This document shows positions 10,480-21,455 of a DNA stretch of 64,000 nt, in pieces. Source of the stretch: Vicinamibacterales bacterium. Lineage in GTDB: Bacteria > Acidobacteriota > Vicinamibacteria > Vicinamibacterales > SCN-69-37. The stretch is from NCBI GenBank assembly GCA_041394725.1, contig JAWKHR010000008.1, positions 64,075-128,074 of the forward strand, in the 5' to 3' direction. The translations under genes and the position numbers were made by a program. Each line of letters opens with the position of its first letter. The stretch's first letter is position 1. Under the pieces are notes generated by a model. It ran no database searches. It was given only the letters and a program-made list of their open reading frames with translations, and was not told the DNA's origin.

Positions 10480-11223
10480 ATGCCAGCCATGTGTGACGAA
10501 CGCGACCGACTCATCGGATACGTCTACGGCGAGTGCGACAGCGAGGAACAGGCGCTGATCGACCGCCACCTCGAGGACTGCCACGTGTGCCGCGACGAGA
10601 TTCGCGGCCTGCGCCGGACCCGCGAGGACCTGCTCGCGTGGGACGTCCCCGAGCATCGCTCGGTGTGGACGCCCTTCGTGCCGGCCGTCGCGCCGCCGCC
10701 GCCCTGGTATCGCCAGGTGCCGGCCTGGGCGATGGCCGCGGCCGCGAGCGTCATGTTCGTGGCGGGCGCGGCGGGGGGCGCCGCGACGCACGCGTTCCTC
10801 GCGCCGGATCCCGGCGGCGCCAGTCTGATCGCGACGGGGGCCACGACCCAGCCGGCCCGGCCGACGTCGGCCGTGCCGGTGTCGCTCTCTGACGCCGATC
10901 TCGCGCGCATCGTCGCGGCCGTGCGCGCCCAGGTGGAGCCGGACTTCGACACCCGGCTCGCCGCCGTGTCCGCGCAGGCTGCCGAGCGTCGAGTCGTTCC
11001 GGCCGCCGTCGGCCCGGGCGCCGACGCGGTCCGGGACCTGCGCGAGGCCGTCGCGAGCCTCAGGGCCGACAGCAACCGGCACGCGGACTGGATTCTGTCG
11101 CTCACCAGCGAGGTCGGCGACGTCCGCAAGAGCACCGCGAGGGAATTCGAGAGAATCGGATACGACCAGTCGATGCGCGCGCTGCTCACGAGCAGCACGG
11201 CGGGCAGCCCCGGCGGGCGCTGA
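10480..11223 (+). CDS. Anti-sigma factor, zf-HC2 type, single-pass membrane protein
   Basis: H-x3-C-x2-C motif (HLEDCHVCRDE) 16 nt downstream of the ECF sigma gene. Central hydrophobic segment WAMAAAASVMFVAGAAGGAA. Confidence 0.7.
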   Translation: MPAMCDERDRLIGYVYGECDSEEQALIDRHLEDCHVCRDEIRGLRRTREDLLAWDVPEHRSVWTPFVPAVAPPPPWYRQVPAWAMAAAASVMFVAGAAGGAATHAFLAPDPGGASLIATGATTQPARPTSAVPVSLSDADLARIVAAVRAQVEPDFDTRLAAVSAQAAERRVVPAAVGPGADAVRDLREAVASLRADSNRHADWILSLTSEVGDVRKSTAREFERIGYDQSMRALLTSSTAGSPGGR

Positions 11224-11284
11224 CCCGGCGGTGCGGGATCGCCGCGCACGATTCGACAGGCAGGCACGTTCAGGAGGCAGTCAG

Positions 11285-11965
11285 GTGTTCGCTCGAACCA
11301 TCGTCGTAGGCATGGCAGTGGCTGTGACGGTACCGGTGGCGGCCCAGCAGGCCGTGGTGCTCGACAACCATGCATCGATCAAGACGCAGGTCCGCTTCTT
11401 CGAGCAGATCATCCAGGGCGCCGTCCGGCGCGGCGGTGAGATGCTGGAGCAGGAGGCGCGCAAGATCGAGCCGCGGGTCGGTCTCCAGATGGCTGGCGCG
11501 CCGCTCGTGAGCGGCGTGTACCTGCCGGATCAGGGGTACCACTTCGACGCCCAGGTGCCCGACATCGGGCCGACGTCGCTCTCGATGTGGGTCTACTACG
11601 CGCAGCAGAGCCGGGCCCAGCAGCCGACGCGGGTCGTGTCCAACGGCGGCGTGGTCGCCGATGACCCGCTCAAGGCGCCGGCGACCGACCCGACGCCGCC
11701 CTTCGACGTCGGCCGCGAGTACGGCAACTGCGTGCGGCAGTCGCTGGTGGACGCGATGATCGACAGCTCCGGCGCCCTGCCCCTCAAGTCCGGGGAGCGG
11801 CTCACGGTGCGCGCCCGCGTGCCGCAGATCTTCCAGGACCCCCGCGTCCTGAGCAACGAACGCGAGCTGCTGCTGGTGGCCGACGGGGCGGACCTGCTGG
11901 CGTACCGACAGGGCACCCTGACGCGGGACCAGTTGAAGGACCGGATCAGGGAATATCGGTACTGA
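11285..11965 (+). CDS. Hypothetical secreted protein
   Basis: GTG 11285 is preceded by AGGAGG. Signal-like N-terminus VFARTIVVGMAVAVTVPVAAQQ. No motif recognised. Confidence 0.5.
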   Translation: MFARTIVVGMAVAVTVPVAAQQAVVLDNHASIKTQVRFFEQIIQGAVRRGGEMLEQEARKIEPRVGLQMAGAPLVSGVYLPDQGYHFDAQVPDIGPTSLSMWVYYAQQSRAQQPTRVVSNGGVVADDPLKAPATDPTPPFDVGREYGNCVRQSLVDAMIDSSGALPLKSGERLTVRARVPQIFQDPRVLSNERELLLVADGADLLAYRQGTLTRDQLKDRIREYRY

Positions 11966-11982
11966 TCTACAATCGCCGGACC

Positions 11983-12492
11983 ATGACCATTCCGCGCGGC
12001 CGGCTGCTCGTGCTCGTGGCGCTGATTGCCGTGGCGGCCGCGTGCGGGCGCGGCATCAGCCTCGAGCAGGACCTGGAAATCACGGACGTCTCAACCGGCT
12101 GGTACGACGACGGCATCGACCCGACCACCACGTGGAACCACATGGTGCCGAGCGTCACCTTCAAGCTCAAGAACAACGGCTCGGAGGGCGTCAACGCCGT
12201 CCGGCTGACCCTCGCGTTCTGGGTCGACGGCGACGACGGCGAGAAGGACTCGAAACTGGTGCGCGGCATCGGCGACGAGTCGCTCGCGCCGGGCGCCTCG
12301 ACCGACGAGATCACCGTGCGCGGCAATGTCGGCTACAACGTCGAGGGCCCGCGCGCGGACCTGTTCGCGCGGTCGGCCTTCCGTGACTGGACCGTCAAGC
12401 TCTTCGCCAGCCGCGGCGGCGCGCTCGTGCCGAAGGGCGAGTTCAAGATCGAGCGCCGCATCATCTACCAGAACGCCGGGCCGGGGCAGTGA
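11983..12492 (+). CDS. Hypothetical lipoprotein
   Basis: Signal peptide with a lipobox (LIAVAAAC-G). The mature part looks beta-rich. Confidence 0.6.
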   Translation: MTIPRGRLLVLVALIAVAAACGRGISLEQDLEITDVSTGWYDDGIDPTTTWNHMVPSVTFKLKNNGSEGVNAVRLTLAFWVDGDDGEKDSKLVRGIGDESLAPGASTDEITVRGNVGYNVEGPRADLFARSAFRDWTVKLFASRGGALVPKGEFKIERRIIYQNAGPGQ

Positions 12493-13889
12493 GCGCCACG
12501 GCGGCGACGCCGGCCCGCTCGTCCGCGGCGACGCCCGCCCCCACCCTGGAACGCCGCCTCGGCCCCCTCGACGCGGCGGCCATCGTCATCTCCAACGTGA
12601 TCGGCGGCGGCATCTTCTTCGTCCCGATCATCGTCGCCGGACTCGTGCCCTCGGCCTGGGCGCTGCTCGGCGTGTGGCTGTTCGGCGGCGTGCTGGCGTT
12701 TGCCGGCGCGATGGCGTACGCGGAGCTGGCGACCCTCCGACCCCACGCCGGCGGTGAATACGTCTACCTGCGCGAGGCGTTCGGCCGCGGCGCCGCGTTC
12801 CTGACCGGCTGGACCTCGTTCGTCGCCGGATTCTCGGGCGCCATTGCGGCCGGCGCGGTCGCCCTCGCCGACTACCTCGGCCGGTTCATCCCGGCCGCGG
12901 GCGACAAGACCGCGCTCCTGACCATCCCGGTGCCGTTCCTGCCGCTCGTCGTCACGCCGCAGGCCATCGTGGCGATCGCCGCGATCGCCGGCCTGTCGTT
13001 CGTCCACCTCGGCGGGTCCGGTCGCGTCGTGCACAACGTGCTGGCCGTGCTCAAGGTCTCGGCGCTGGTCATCTTCATCGCGCTCGGGCTGACGGCCGGC
13101 ATGGGGTCGCTCGGGCAGCTCGGCAGCACCCACGAGGTCGCGGCGCCGGCCACGGGGTGGCTGCTGGCGCTGATCCCGGTGATGTTCGCCTACTCGGGCT
13201 GGAACGCCGCCGCCTACGTCGCCGAGGAGATCCGCGACCCGGGGCGCAACGTCCCGCTCTCGCTCGCCATCGGCACGGCGGCGGTCGTGGTCGTGTACCT
13301 GGCGCTGAACGTCCTGTACTTCTACGCGCTGCCGATCTCCGAGCTGGCGAATCTCGGCGGCGCCCGCCTGACCGACGTGGTGGCCGAACGGCTGTTCGGC
13401 TTCGTGGCGGGCAACCTGATCGCGCTGTTCACGATCATCAGCATCGCGGCCAGCATCAGCGCGATGGTGCTGGCCGGCCCTCGGATCTACTACGCGATGG
13501 CGCGCGACGGCGTCTTCCTGCGCGCGGCGAGCCGCGTCCATCCGCGGTTCCGCACGCCGGTCCTCGCCATCGTGGCGCAGGCCGTCTGGAGCAGCGTGCT
13601 GGTGCTCTGCGGCACGCTGTCCGAGCTCGTGACCTATACCGGGTTCGCCGTGGTGCTCTTCGCGGCCATTGCCGTGCTCGCGCTGTTCGTGCTGCGCCGG
13701 CGCGAGCCCGAAGCCGACCGGCCGTTCAAGGCCGTCGGCTATCCCCTGGCCCCCGCGCTCTTCGTGGTGGCCAGCCTGGCGATGGTCGCCAACGAGATCT
13801 GGAACAACCCCGACACGTCGCTCGCCGGGATCGCCGTGATCCTCGCGGGCGTGCCCATCTACTGGATGTACCGGCGCCGTCGGGCCTGA
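12489..13889 (+). CDS. Amino acid/polyamine permease (APC superfamily)
   Basis: About 12 hydrophobic segments. N-terminal APC signature AAAIVISNVIGGGIFFVP, and YAELATLRPHAGGEYVYL. Confidence 0.85.
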   Translation: MSATAATPARSSAATPAPTLERRLGPLDAAAIVISNVIGGGIFFVPIIVAGLVPSAWALLGVWLFGGVLAFAGAMAYAELATLRPHAGGEYVYLREAFGRGAAFLTGWTSFVAGFSGAIAAGAVALADYLGRFIPAAGDKTALLTIPVPFLPLVVTPQAIVAIAAIAGLSFVHLGGSGRVVHNVLAVLKVSALVIFIALGLTAGMGSLGQLGSTHEVAAPATGWLLALIPVMFAYSGWNAAAYVAEEIRDPGRNVPLSLAIGTAAVVVVYLALNVLYFYALPISELANLGGARLTDVVAERLFGFVAGNLIALFTIISIAASISAMVLAGPRIYYAMARDGVFLRAASRVHPRFRTPVLAIVAQAVWSSVLVLCGTLSELVTYTGFAVVLFAAIAVLALFVLRRREPEADRPFKAVGYPLAPALFVVASLAMVANEIWNNPDTSLAGIAVILAGVPIYWMYRRRRA

Positions 13890-13892
13890 GCG

Positions 13893-14276
13893 TCAGGCCG
13901 GGTCCCGTCGCAGGAGCGCGGCGAGCGTCCACAGCGCCAGCGCGCCGTCAGTCACCGCGAACAGCAGGAAGGCCACCGGCGATCCGTGGACCAGGCGGTC
14001 CACGATGAAGAGGATCGCGCCACCGCCCTTGAGCAATGGGCCGAAGATCCAGAGGTAGGCGCGGTGCCGCTCCGGATCCCGGAGCGGCTGCAGGTAGCCC
14101 AAGCCGACGGCGATGAGGAACCAGCCGGTGAGCTGGGGGAACAGGATAGGGTCGGGGAGCGGGGCGCCGAACCACGACGCCATGCTGTCGGTCGCCAGGA
14201 GCAGGAGCAGCCCCGCCGACAGGTCGTACACGAGCGAGACGCCCGCGACGACCGACAGCATGCGCCGCGCCGTCAC
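13893..14276 (-). CDS. Small integral membrane protein (about 4 TM), hypothetical
   Basis: Four hydrophobic stretches. Its start overlaps the stop of the upstream PEGA gene (ATGA). Confidence 0.5.
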   Translation of the reverse strand: MTARRMLSVVAGVSLVYDLSAGLLLLLATDSMASWFGAPLPDPILFPQLTGWFLIAVGLGYLQPLRDPERHRAYLWIFGPLLKGGGAILFIVDRLVHGSPVAFLLFAVTDGALALWTLAALLRRDPA

Positions 14277-15163
14277 TCCTTGATCTTCTTCAGCGACAGC
14301 CGCTCGGTGCGCGTGCGGCCCACTTCCACGGTGATTTCCCCCGTGTAGGTCTGGTAGCCGTCGGCCCTCAGCTCCAGCTGGTGCGTGCCGCCGTCGAGTT
14401 CGAGGTGGTTGCTCAGGCCGTTGAAGTCGTCCACCGTGCCCACCAGCGCGCCGTCGACGTAGACGCGCGCGTCCTCGGGACTGACGCGCAGCCGGACCGA
14501 GCCGGTCAGGCGTTCCGGCTCATCGTACGTGTCCGAGTAGCCCCCGGAATACCCGCCGTAGTAGCCGTACGGATCGAAGCCGTACGGATAGAAATAAGGC
14601 GAGTACCAGCCGCCGAACCGCCACCGCGTGCTGCCGTAGTACGAGCCCCACGGATCGAAGCTCAGGTAGCCGTAGTTGTAGTACGGGTACCACCGGCCCC
14701 ACGGTCCGAACAGCGGCAGGTTGACGACGGTCGTGTCCGCGTAGGTGCGTGCCCGGGCCTTGCCGACCACGTTGCGGCCGTCGCGGCTGCGGGCGCCGGC
14801 GTCGGCGCCGAAGCCGCGGAGCGACGGGCTCGCGCCCGTGCGACCCGAGGCGCCGGTCGAAACCGAGGTGCCGCCGCCGCCGCGGCTGCTCGAGGACGAG
14901 CCGCGCGACGCGGCGGACCCGGTCGTGCGGGACCCGGCCGGCGGGCGCCGGCCCTGCGGGACTTCCCGCGCGCTGGGCGCCGGCCGCGACGTGCTGCCCA
15001 TGTCGCCGCCGCTCGACGTGCTCGACGACGCCCCGGACGAGCCTGACGAGCCGGCGCTCGACGCGCCGCCAGTCCGCGGCACCGCCTGGGCGGCGGCCGC
15101 GACCGGCAGCGCCAGGGCGCCGGCGACGCCGAGCGTCAGCAGGAGCTGGGTTGATCTGGTCAT
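14273..15163 (-). CDS. Secreted PEGA-domain protein with Ser/Gly-rich and Tyr/Gly/Trp-rich low-complexity regions
   Basis: Signal peptide (LGVAGALALPVAAAAQA). C-terminal PEGA-like module RLRVSPEDARVYVDGALVGTV...LELRADGYQTYTGEITV. GAGGAGG Shine-Dalgarno before the ATG. Confidence 0.7.
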   Translation of the reverse strand: MTRSTQLLLTLGVAGALALPVAAAAQAVPRTGGASSAGSSGSSGASSSTSSGGDMGSTSRPAPSAREVPQGRRPPAGSRTTGSAASRGSSSSSRGGGGTSVSTGASGRTGASPSLRGFGADAGARSRDGRNVVGKARARTYADTTVVNLPLFGPWGRWYPYYNYGYLSFDPWGSYYGSTRWRFGGWYSPYFYPYGFDPYGYYGGYSGGYSDTYDEPERLTGSVRLRVSPEDARVYVDGALVGTVDDFNGLSNHLELDGGTHQLELRADGYQTYTGEITVEVGRTRTERLSLKKIKE

Positions 15164-15292
15164 CGGAGCCTCCTCATACGTGCCGTTTCGAACAGTCTCT
15201 ACCGTCGAGGATCAGTGCAACTTTACTGCCAGACGGGTCCAGAGGTAAATGCTTGGCCCGTACGGGCTTACCTGCCGGACTGTCCCCTTCGC

Positions 15293-15321
15293 TTGCCCTC
15301 CTGCACGGACAGCACTACGAT
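15293..15321 (+). promoter_or_regulatory. Candidate sigma-70-type promoter of hslVU
   Basis: TTGCCC - 17 nt - TACGAT, about 33 nt upstream of the hslV ATG. Confidence 0.4.
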
Positions 15322-15353
15322 GCTTTTTCGGGCTGTTTCCGGCCCTCCGACCC

Positions 15354-15887
15354 ATGTCCACCACGCATGCGACCACCGTGCTCGCCGTCAGGCACCAGGA
15401 CGCGCTCGTCATGGCCAGCGACGGCCAGGTCACGCTCGGCCAGACCGTCGTCAAGCACCGCGCGCGCAAGGTCCGACGGCTCTACCACGACCGGGTGCTC
15501 GCCGGCTTCGCGGGGAGTGCCGCGGACGGCTTCGCGCTCTTCGGCCGGTTCGAGAGCCGGCTCGAGGAGCACCGCGGCAACCTCGAGCGCGCCGCGGTCG
15601 AGCTCGCGAAGGACTGGCGGACGGACCGGGCCATGCGCCGGCTCGAGGCCATGCTGCTCGTCGGCGACGGGCGACACCTGTTCCTGCTGTCGGGCACGGG
15701 CGATCTCATCGAACCCGACGACGGCGTGATCGGCATCGGGTCCGGTGGCCCGTTCGCGATGGCGGCGGCGCGCGCGCTGACGCGCCACAGCAGCCTGTCG
15801 GCGCGCGGCATCGTCGAGGCCGCGATGGGCATTGCCGCCGGCATCTGCATCTACACCAACGACCAGCTGGTCGTCGAAGAGCTCTGA
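15354..15887 (+). CDS. hslV: ATP-dependent protease subunit HslV
   Basis: N-terminus [23 protein letters not shown], then [10 protein letters not shown]. Sits immediately upstream of hslU. ATG 15354 chosen; the track ORF starts earlier, at 15249. Confidence 0.9.
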   Translation: MSTTHATTVLAVRHQDALVMASDGQVTLGQTVVKHRARKVRRLYHDRVLAGFAGSAADGFALFGRFESRLEEHRGNLERAAVELAKDWRTDRAMRRLEAMLLVGDGRHLFLLSGTGDLIEPDDGVIGIGSGGPFAMAAARALTRHSSLSARGIVEAAMGIAAGICIYTNDQLVVEEL

Positions 15888-17285
15888 ATGACCCCGATTT
15901 CGCTTCCCGAGCGCAGCCAGAGCACGCTGGCCGAGTCGCTCACGCCGCGGGAGATCGTCGCCGAGCTCGACAAGTACGTCGTCGGGCAGGCGAAGGCGAA
16001 GCGCGCCGTCGCGATCGCGCTGCGCAACCGGTACCGGCGGCAGCGGCTCTCGCCCGACATGGCCGAGGAGGTCGCGCCGAAGAACATCCTGATGATCGGC
16101 CCGACGGGCGTCGGCAAGACCGAGATCGCGCGTCGCCTGGCGAAGCTGGCGCAGTCGCCGTTCGTCAAGGTCGAGGCGTCGAAGTTCACCGAGGTCGGCT
16201 ACGTCGGCCGCGACGTGGAGTCGATGGTCCGCGATCTCGTGGAGATCGCGGTGACGATGGTCCGTGAGGAGCGGGAGGCGGAGGTCCGCGACAAGGCACG
16301 GCAGGCGGCCGAGGAGCGCGTCCTCGACCTGCTGCTGCCGCCGCCGCCCTCGCCGAGCGGTTTCGGCGAGGCCTCGACCGAGGCGCAGATGGCACGCGAC
16401 CATGCGTCGGCGACGCGCGAGAAGCTGCGCGAGCAGCTCCGTGCCGGGCGGCTCGACACCAAGACGGTCGAGGTGGACGTCCGCGACCGGAGCGTGCCGT
16501 CGCTCGAGATCATCCAGGGCTCGTCGGTCGAGGAGATCGGCCTGAACCTGCGCGACATGATGCCCGGCTTCTTCCAGGGCAAGACGCGGCGCCGGAAGCT
16601 GCCCGTGCCCGAGGCGCTCGAGCAGCTCGCGCAGGAGGAGGCGCAGAAGCTGATCGACATGGAGAGCGTCTCGCGGGCCGCGGTCTCGCGGGTGGAGGAG
16701 GGCGGCATCATCTTCGTGGACGAGATCGACAAGATCTGCGGACGCGAGGGCAGCCAGGGGCCGGACGTCAGCCGAGAGGGCGTGCAGCGCGACATCCTGC
16801 CGATCGTCGAGGGCACGACCGTCAACACGAAGCACGGGATGGTCCGGACGGACCACATCCTGTTCATCGCCGCCGGCGCCTTCCACGTCTCGAAGCCGTC
16901 GGACCTGATTCCCGAGCTCCAGGGGCGGTTTCCGATTCGCGTCGAGCTCGAGGCGCTCGGGCGCGACGAGTTCGTGCGCATCCTCACCGAGCCGCAGGGG
17001 GCGCTGATCAAGCAGTACACGGCGCTCCTCGAGACCGAGCAGGTGCGGCTGGTCTTCTCGCCCGAGGCGATTGAGCGGCTGGCCGAGCTGGCGACGCTGG
17101 TCAACGAGCGCACGGAGAACATCGGCGCGCGCCGGCTGCACACGGTCATGGAGCGCCTGCTGGACGAGGTCTCGTTCCACGCGCCGGAGCTGGGCGGCCA
17201 GGAGATCCGCATCGACGCGGGCTACGTGGACCGCATGCTGGCGGACATCGCGAGGAGCGACGACCTGTCGCGCTACATCCTGTGA
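15888..17285 (+). CDS. hslU: ATP-dependent protease ATPase subunit HslU
   Basis: [17 protein letters not shown], Walker [39 protein letters not shown]. Confidence 0.95.
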   Translation: MTPISLPERSQSTLAESLTPREIVAELDKYVVGQAKAKRAVAIALRNRYRRQRLSPDMAEEVAPKNILMIGPTGVGKTEIARRLAKLAQSPFVKVEASKFTEVGYVGRDVESMVRDLVEIAVTMVREEREAEVRDKARQAAEERVLDLLLPPPPSPSGFGEASTEAQMARDHASATREKLREQLRAGRLDTKTVEVDVRDRSVPSLEIIQGSSVEEIGLNLRDMMPGFFQGKTRRRKLPVPEALEQLAQEEAQKLIDMESVSRAAVSRVEEGGIIFVDEIDKICGREGSQGPDVSREGVQRDILPIVEGTTVNTKHGMVRTDHILFIAAGAFHVSKPSDLIPELQGRFPIRVELEALGRDEFVRILTEPQGALIKQYTALLETEQVRLVFSPEAIERLAELATLVNERTENIGARRLHTVMERLLDEVSFHAPELGGQEIRIDAGYVDRMLADIARSDDLSRYIL

Positions 17286-18421
17286 TCGGGCGTCCGCGGT
17301 CCGGCCCGGTGCTGGGCGTGCTCGTGCTGCTCGCCTGGCCGCTGGCCGGGTGCGGCAAGAAGGGGCCGCCGCTGCCGCCGCTGCGGCCCGTGCCCGCGCG
17401 CATCGCGACGGTGGAGGCGCGCGTGGCCGACGGCCGCGTGACGCTCGCCTTCACGGTGCCCGACCGGAACGCCGACGGCACCACCCCGGCGGCCCTCGCA
17501 CGCATCGAGATCTACCGCGTCGGCATCGCCGACGAGGACGTCACGACGCCGGCGGGCCAGGTCGTCCAGCCGGGCCAGCTGCGGGGCACGATCGACGTCC
17601 GGCCGGCCGAGGGGGCGACGCCGCCGGCGACGCCACCGGCGACCCCGCCCCCGGCCGGCGCGCCGGCGCGGCCTGCGGGGAGTGCGGCCCCCATGCCCTC
17701 GCCGCGGCCGGGTGATCCGGCGACGTTCAGCGAGTCGATGGCGCCACCCGACGGGACGCCGGCGCCCTTCGCCTGGCGCTACGTCGTGGTCGGCGTCACG
17801 GGCCGCGACCGCCGGGGCCAGGCGTCGCCCGTCGTCACCGTGCCGATCGGCGGCGCGCCCGCTGCGCCGGAGGACCTCTCGCTCTCGCACGACGCGCAGG
17901 CGTGGCGGCTCACGTGGACGGCGGTCGAGGGCCGCGTCTACGACGTGTACGACGTCACCGCGGGGGAGACGCCGCCGGCGCGGCTGACCGGCACCGCCGT
18001 GGCGGGCGGGACGTTCTCGACGCCGGTTCAGTTCGGACAGCGGCGGTGCTTCGTGGTGCGGGCCACGGCCCGGACGGGCCCCGTCTCGATCGAGAGCCCG
18101 CCGACGGCCGCGGCCTGCGCGACGGCCGAGGACCGCTTTCCGCCCGCGGCACCCGACCGGCTCATCGCGACCGTCGACGGCGGCGTGGTGTCGCTCGACT
18201 GGACCGCGGTGGCGGCGCCGGATCTCGCCGGCTACCTCGTGCTGCGCGCGGCGGGCGTCGGCGAGACGCTGCGCCCGCTCACGACGGCGCTCGTCACCGG
18301 CACGACCTTCAAAGATCCGACCGTGACCCCCGGGGTCGCATACACTTACGCCGTCGTCGCGGTGGACCGCGCCTCGAACCAGAGCGCGCCGTCGCCGCGG
18401 CAGACGATCACGGTGCGGTGA
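17282..18421 (+). CDS. Lipoprotein with a Pro-rich linker and FN3-like beta modules, hypothetical
   Basis: Lipobox [22 protein letters not shown] linker. FN3-like ending (LDWTAV..DLAGYLV...[15 protein letters not shown]). Its start overlaps the hslU stop. Confidence 0.6.
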   Translation: MIGRPRSGPVLGVLVLLAWPLAGCGKKGPPLPPLRPVPARIATVEARVADGRVTLAFTVPDRNADGTTPAALARIEIYRVGIADEDVTTPAGQVVQPGQLRGTIDVRPAEGATPPATPPATPPPAGAPARPAGSAAPMPSPRPGDPATFSESMAPPDGTPAPFAWRYVVVGVTGRDRRGQASPVVTVPIGGAPAAPEDLSLSHDAQAWRLTWTAVEGRVYDVYDVTAGETPPARLTGTAVAGGTFSTPVQFGQRRCFVVRATARTGPVSIESPPTAAACATAEDRFPPAAPDRLIATVDGGVVSLDWTAVAAPDLAGYLVLRAAGVGETLRPLTTALVTGTTFKDPTVTPGVAYTYAVVAVDRASNQSAPSPRQTITVR

Positions 18422-18424
18422 GGG

Positions 18425-19189
18425 ATGCTGAGACTCTATCGAATCCGACATGAGGGCGTGCCGCGTTACGCGGCGGAGCGCGAGGGCCGGTGGCGCCTGG
18501 TCGAGGGCGACATCTTCGGGACGTACACGGAGGGCGCGGAGATTGCGTCGGAGGGGCTGGAGCTGTTCGCGCCGGTCTCGCCGTCGAAGATCGTCTGCGT
18601 CGGGCTGAACTACAAGGATCACGCGGCCGAGCAGAAGAAGGCGCTGCCCGAGGAGCCGCTGCTCTTCATCAAGCCGTCGACGGCGGTGATCGGGCCCGGC
18701 CAGCCCATCGCGGTGCCGGCGTGGGCGGGCCGCGTGGATCACGAGGCCGAGCTCGGCCTGGTCATCGGGAAGCCGACGTTCCGGGTGAAGGCGCAGCAGG
18801 CCGCCGAGCACATCCTCGGCCTGATCGCGGTCAACGACGTCACGGCACGCGACCTGCAGAACAAGGACGGGCAGTACACGCGCTGCAAGGGGTTCGACAC
18901 GTTCGCGCCGATCGGCCCGGGCATCGCGGTCGGGCTCGACGGCCGCGACCTGCAGGTGCGCGGCTACGTCAACGGCGATCTCCGCCAGGACTCGCGGTCG
19001 CGCGAACTCATCTTCACGATTCCGGACCTCGTGGAGTTCATTTCGTCGGTGATGACGCTGCTGCCGGGCGATATCATCTCGACCGGCACGCCGTCGGGCA
19101 TCGGGCCGATCCGGCCCGGCGACCAGGTCACGGTGCACGTCGAGGGCGTCGGCGCGCTGACCAACCCGGTCGTGGCGCGCGGCGACTGA
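18425..19189 (+). CDS. Fumarylacetoacetate hydrolase (FAH) family protein
   Basis: [44 protein letters not shown]. Confidence 0.85.
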   Translation: MLRLYRIRHEGVPRYAAEREGRWRLVEGDIFGTYTEGAEIASEGLELFAPVSPSKIVCVGLNYKDHAAEQKKALPEEPLLFIKPSTAVIGPGQPIAVPAWAGRVDHEAELGLVIGKPTFRVKAQQAAEHILGLIAVNDVTARDLQNKDGQYTRCKGFDTFAPIGPGIAVGLDGRDLQVRGYVNGDLRQDSRSRELIFTIPDLVEFISSVMTLLPGDIISTGTPSGIGPIRPGDQVTVHVEGVGALTNPVVARGD

Positions 19190-19227
19190 CGCCCGGACGG
19201 GCGCCGGCAGGAAAGGATCCAGATCGC

Positions 19228-19881
19228 ATGAAGTTCTTCATCGACAGCGGCAACCTGAAGGAAATCGAGGCGCTGATGCCGACCGGCCTGGTCGACGGCA
19301 TCACGACCAACCCGTCGCTCATGGCGAAGGAGAGCGGCGACCCGCGCGAGATCATCAAGCGGATCTGTCGCCTCGTGCAGGGTCCGGTGAGCGCCGAGGT
19401 CGTCGCGACCGAGGCGGACCGGATGATCGCCGAGGGCCGGGAGCTGGCGGCGATCGACGAGCACGTGGTCGTCAAGATCCCCTTCACGCGCGAGGGCATC
19501 CGCGCGATCAAGGCGCTCTCGGGCGAGGGCATCCGGATCAACACGACGTTGATCTTCTCGCCGACGCAGGCGCTGCTGGCCGCCAAGGTCGGCGCCGCCT
19601 ACGTCAGCCCGTTCGTCGGGCGGCTCGACGACATCGCGTCGGACGGCATGGGCCTCATCCGGCAGATCGTGGACATCTTCGACCAGTACGAGTTCCCGAC
19701 CGAGGTGCTCGTGGCCTCCGTGCGGCACCCGATGCACATCGTCGAGGCGGCGCGGATGGGCGCCGACGTCTGCACGTGCCCGGCGAAGGTGATCGACCAG
19801 TGCTTCAACCACCCGCTCACCGACATCGGCCTCGAGAAGTTCCTGGCCGACTGGCACCAGGCGAAGGGCCAGGCGGGTTGA
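19228..19881 (+). CDS. tal: Short-type transaldolase / fructose-6-phosphate aldolase
   Basis: [56 protein letters not shown]. About 217 aa, the typical size. ATG 19228 is in frame with the track ORF. Confidence 0.9.
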   Translation: MKFFIDSGNLKEIEALMPTGLVDGITTNPSLMAKESGDPREIIKRICRLVQGPVSAEVVATEADRMIAEGRELAAIDEHVVVKIPFTREGIRAIKALSGEGIRINTTLIFSPTQALLAAKVGAAYVSPFVGRLDDIASDGMGLIRQIVDIFDQYEFPTEVLVASVRHPMHIVEAARMGADVCTCPAKVIDQCFNHPLTDIGLEKFLADWHQAKGQAG

Positions 19882-19900
19882 TGGCGCGGCGGGGAACGCG

Positions 19901-21442
19901 ATGAAGGCCGGCGACCGCCTGCAGGACCTCGAACGGCGCGCCGAGCTCGGCGGCGGCGAGGCGCGGCTCCGGCGCCAGGAAGAGGCCGGCAAGCTCACCG
20001 CGCGCCAGCGCATCGACCTGCTCTTCGACCCCGGCACGTTCGAGGAACTCGACAAGCTCGTCACGCACCGCTGCCGCGACTTCGGGATGGACGACGAGGT
20101 CATCCCGGGCGACGGCGTCGTCTCCGGCCACGGTCGGGTGGACGGGCGTCCGGTCTACGCCTTCGCGCAGGACTTCACGGTGTTCGGCGGCTCGCTGTCG
20201 GAGACCAACGCGGCGAAGATCTGCAAGGTCATGGACCTGGCCGTGAAGATGGGCGCGCCCATCGTCGGGCTGAACGACTCGGGCGGCGCGCGGATCCAGG
20301 AAGGCGTGCTCTCGCTCGGCGGCTACGCGGACATCTTCCTCCGCAACACGATGGCGTCGGGCGTGGTGCCGCAGATCTCCGCGATCATGGGCCCGTGCGC
20401 CGGCGGCGCGGTCTACTCGCCGGCCATCACCGACTTCAACATCATGGTCGAGGGCACGAGCTACATGTTCGTGACCGGCCCGGACGTCATCAGGACCGTC
20501 ACGCACGAGGACGTCACGAAGGAGGACCTCGGCGGCGCGATGACGCACAACGCGAAGAGCGGCGTCGCGCACTTCGCGGTGCCCGACGATCGTGAGTGCC
20601 TGCGTCTCATCCGCGAGCTGCTGGGCTACCTGCCGTCGAACAACCTCGACGACGCGCCCGCGGGCGCGGCGACCGACCCGGCGGATCGCGAGGAGGCCGC
20701 GCTCGACACGCTCGTGCCCGAGCAGCCGAACCAGCCGTACGACATCCACGACCTGATCCAGGCCGTCGTCGACGACCGTCGCTTCCTCGAGGTGCACCGC
20801 CACTTCGCGCAGAACATCATTGTCGGGTTCGCGCGGCTGGCGGGGCGGTCGGTGGGGATCGTCGCGAACCAGCCCGCCGTGCTGGCCGGGTGCCTGGACA
20901 TCGACGCGTCGGTGAAGGGCGCGCGCTTCGTGCGCTTCTGCGACGCGTTCAACATCCCGCTGATCACGTTCGAGGACGTCCCCGGCTTCCTGCCGGGCGT
21001 CCGCCAGGAACACGGCGGGATCATCCGCGAGGGCGCGAAGCTGCTGTACGCGTACGCGGAGGCCACGGTGCCGAAGATCACCGTCATCACGCGCAAGGCC
21101 TACGGCGGCGCCTACTGCGTCATGGCGAGCAAGCACCTGCGCACGGACTTCAACTACGCGTGGCCGACCGCGGAGATCGCGGTGATGGGCGCCGACGGCG
21201 CGGTGAACATCCTGTACCGCCGCGAGCTCGCGGAGGCGGCGGACCCGGCGGGCGAGCGCGCCCGGCTCGTGGCGGAGTTCCGCGAGAAGCTGGCCAACCC
21301 GTTCGTCGCGGCGTCGGTCGGGTTCGTCGACGAGATCATCCAGCCGCGCACGACGCGCGCGAAGCTCATCGCCGCGCTCGCCTCGTGCGACAACAAGCGC
21401 GAGCAGCGCCCGCCGCGCCGGCACGGGAACATCCCGCTGTGA
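19901..21442 (+). CDS. Acyl-CoA carboxyltransferase (propionyl-CoA carboxylase beta / methylmalonyl-CoA carboxyltransferase 12S type)
   Basis: Full-length carboxyl_trans layout: [47 protein letters not shown]. Confidence 0.85.
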   Translation: MKAGDRLQDLERRAELGGGEARLRRQEEAGKLTARQRIDLLFDPGTFEELDKLVTHRCRDFGMDDEVIPGDGVVSGHGRVDGRPVYAFAQDFTVFGGSLSETNAAKICKVMDLAVKMGAPIVGLNDSGGARIQEGVLSLGGYADIFLRNTMASGVVPQISAIMGPCAGGAVYSPAITDFNIMVEGTSYMFVTGPDVIRTVTHEDVTKEDLGGAMTHNAKSGVAHFAVPDDRECLRLIRELLGYLPSNNLDDAPAGAATDPADREEAALDTLVPEQPNQPYDIHDLIQAVVDDRRFLEVHRHFAQNIIVGFARLAGRSVGIVANQPAVLAGCLDIDASVKGARFVRFCDAFNIPLITFEDVPGFLPGVRQEHGGIIREGAKLLYAYAEATVPKITVITRKAYGGAYCVMASKHLRTDFNYAWPTAEIAVMGADGAVNILYRRELAEAADPAGERARLVAEFREKLANPFVAASVGFVDEIIQPRTTRAKLIAALASCDNKREQRPPRRHGNIPL

Positions 21443-21455
21443 GGCGACCGGGCCC

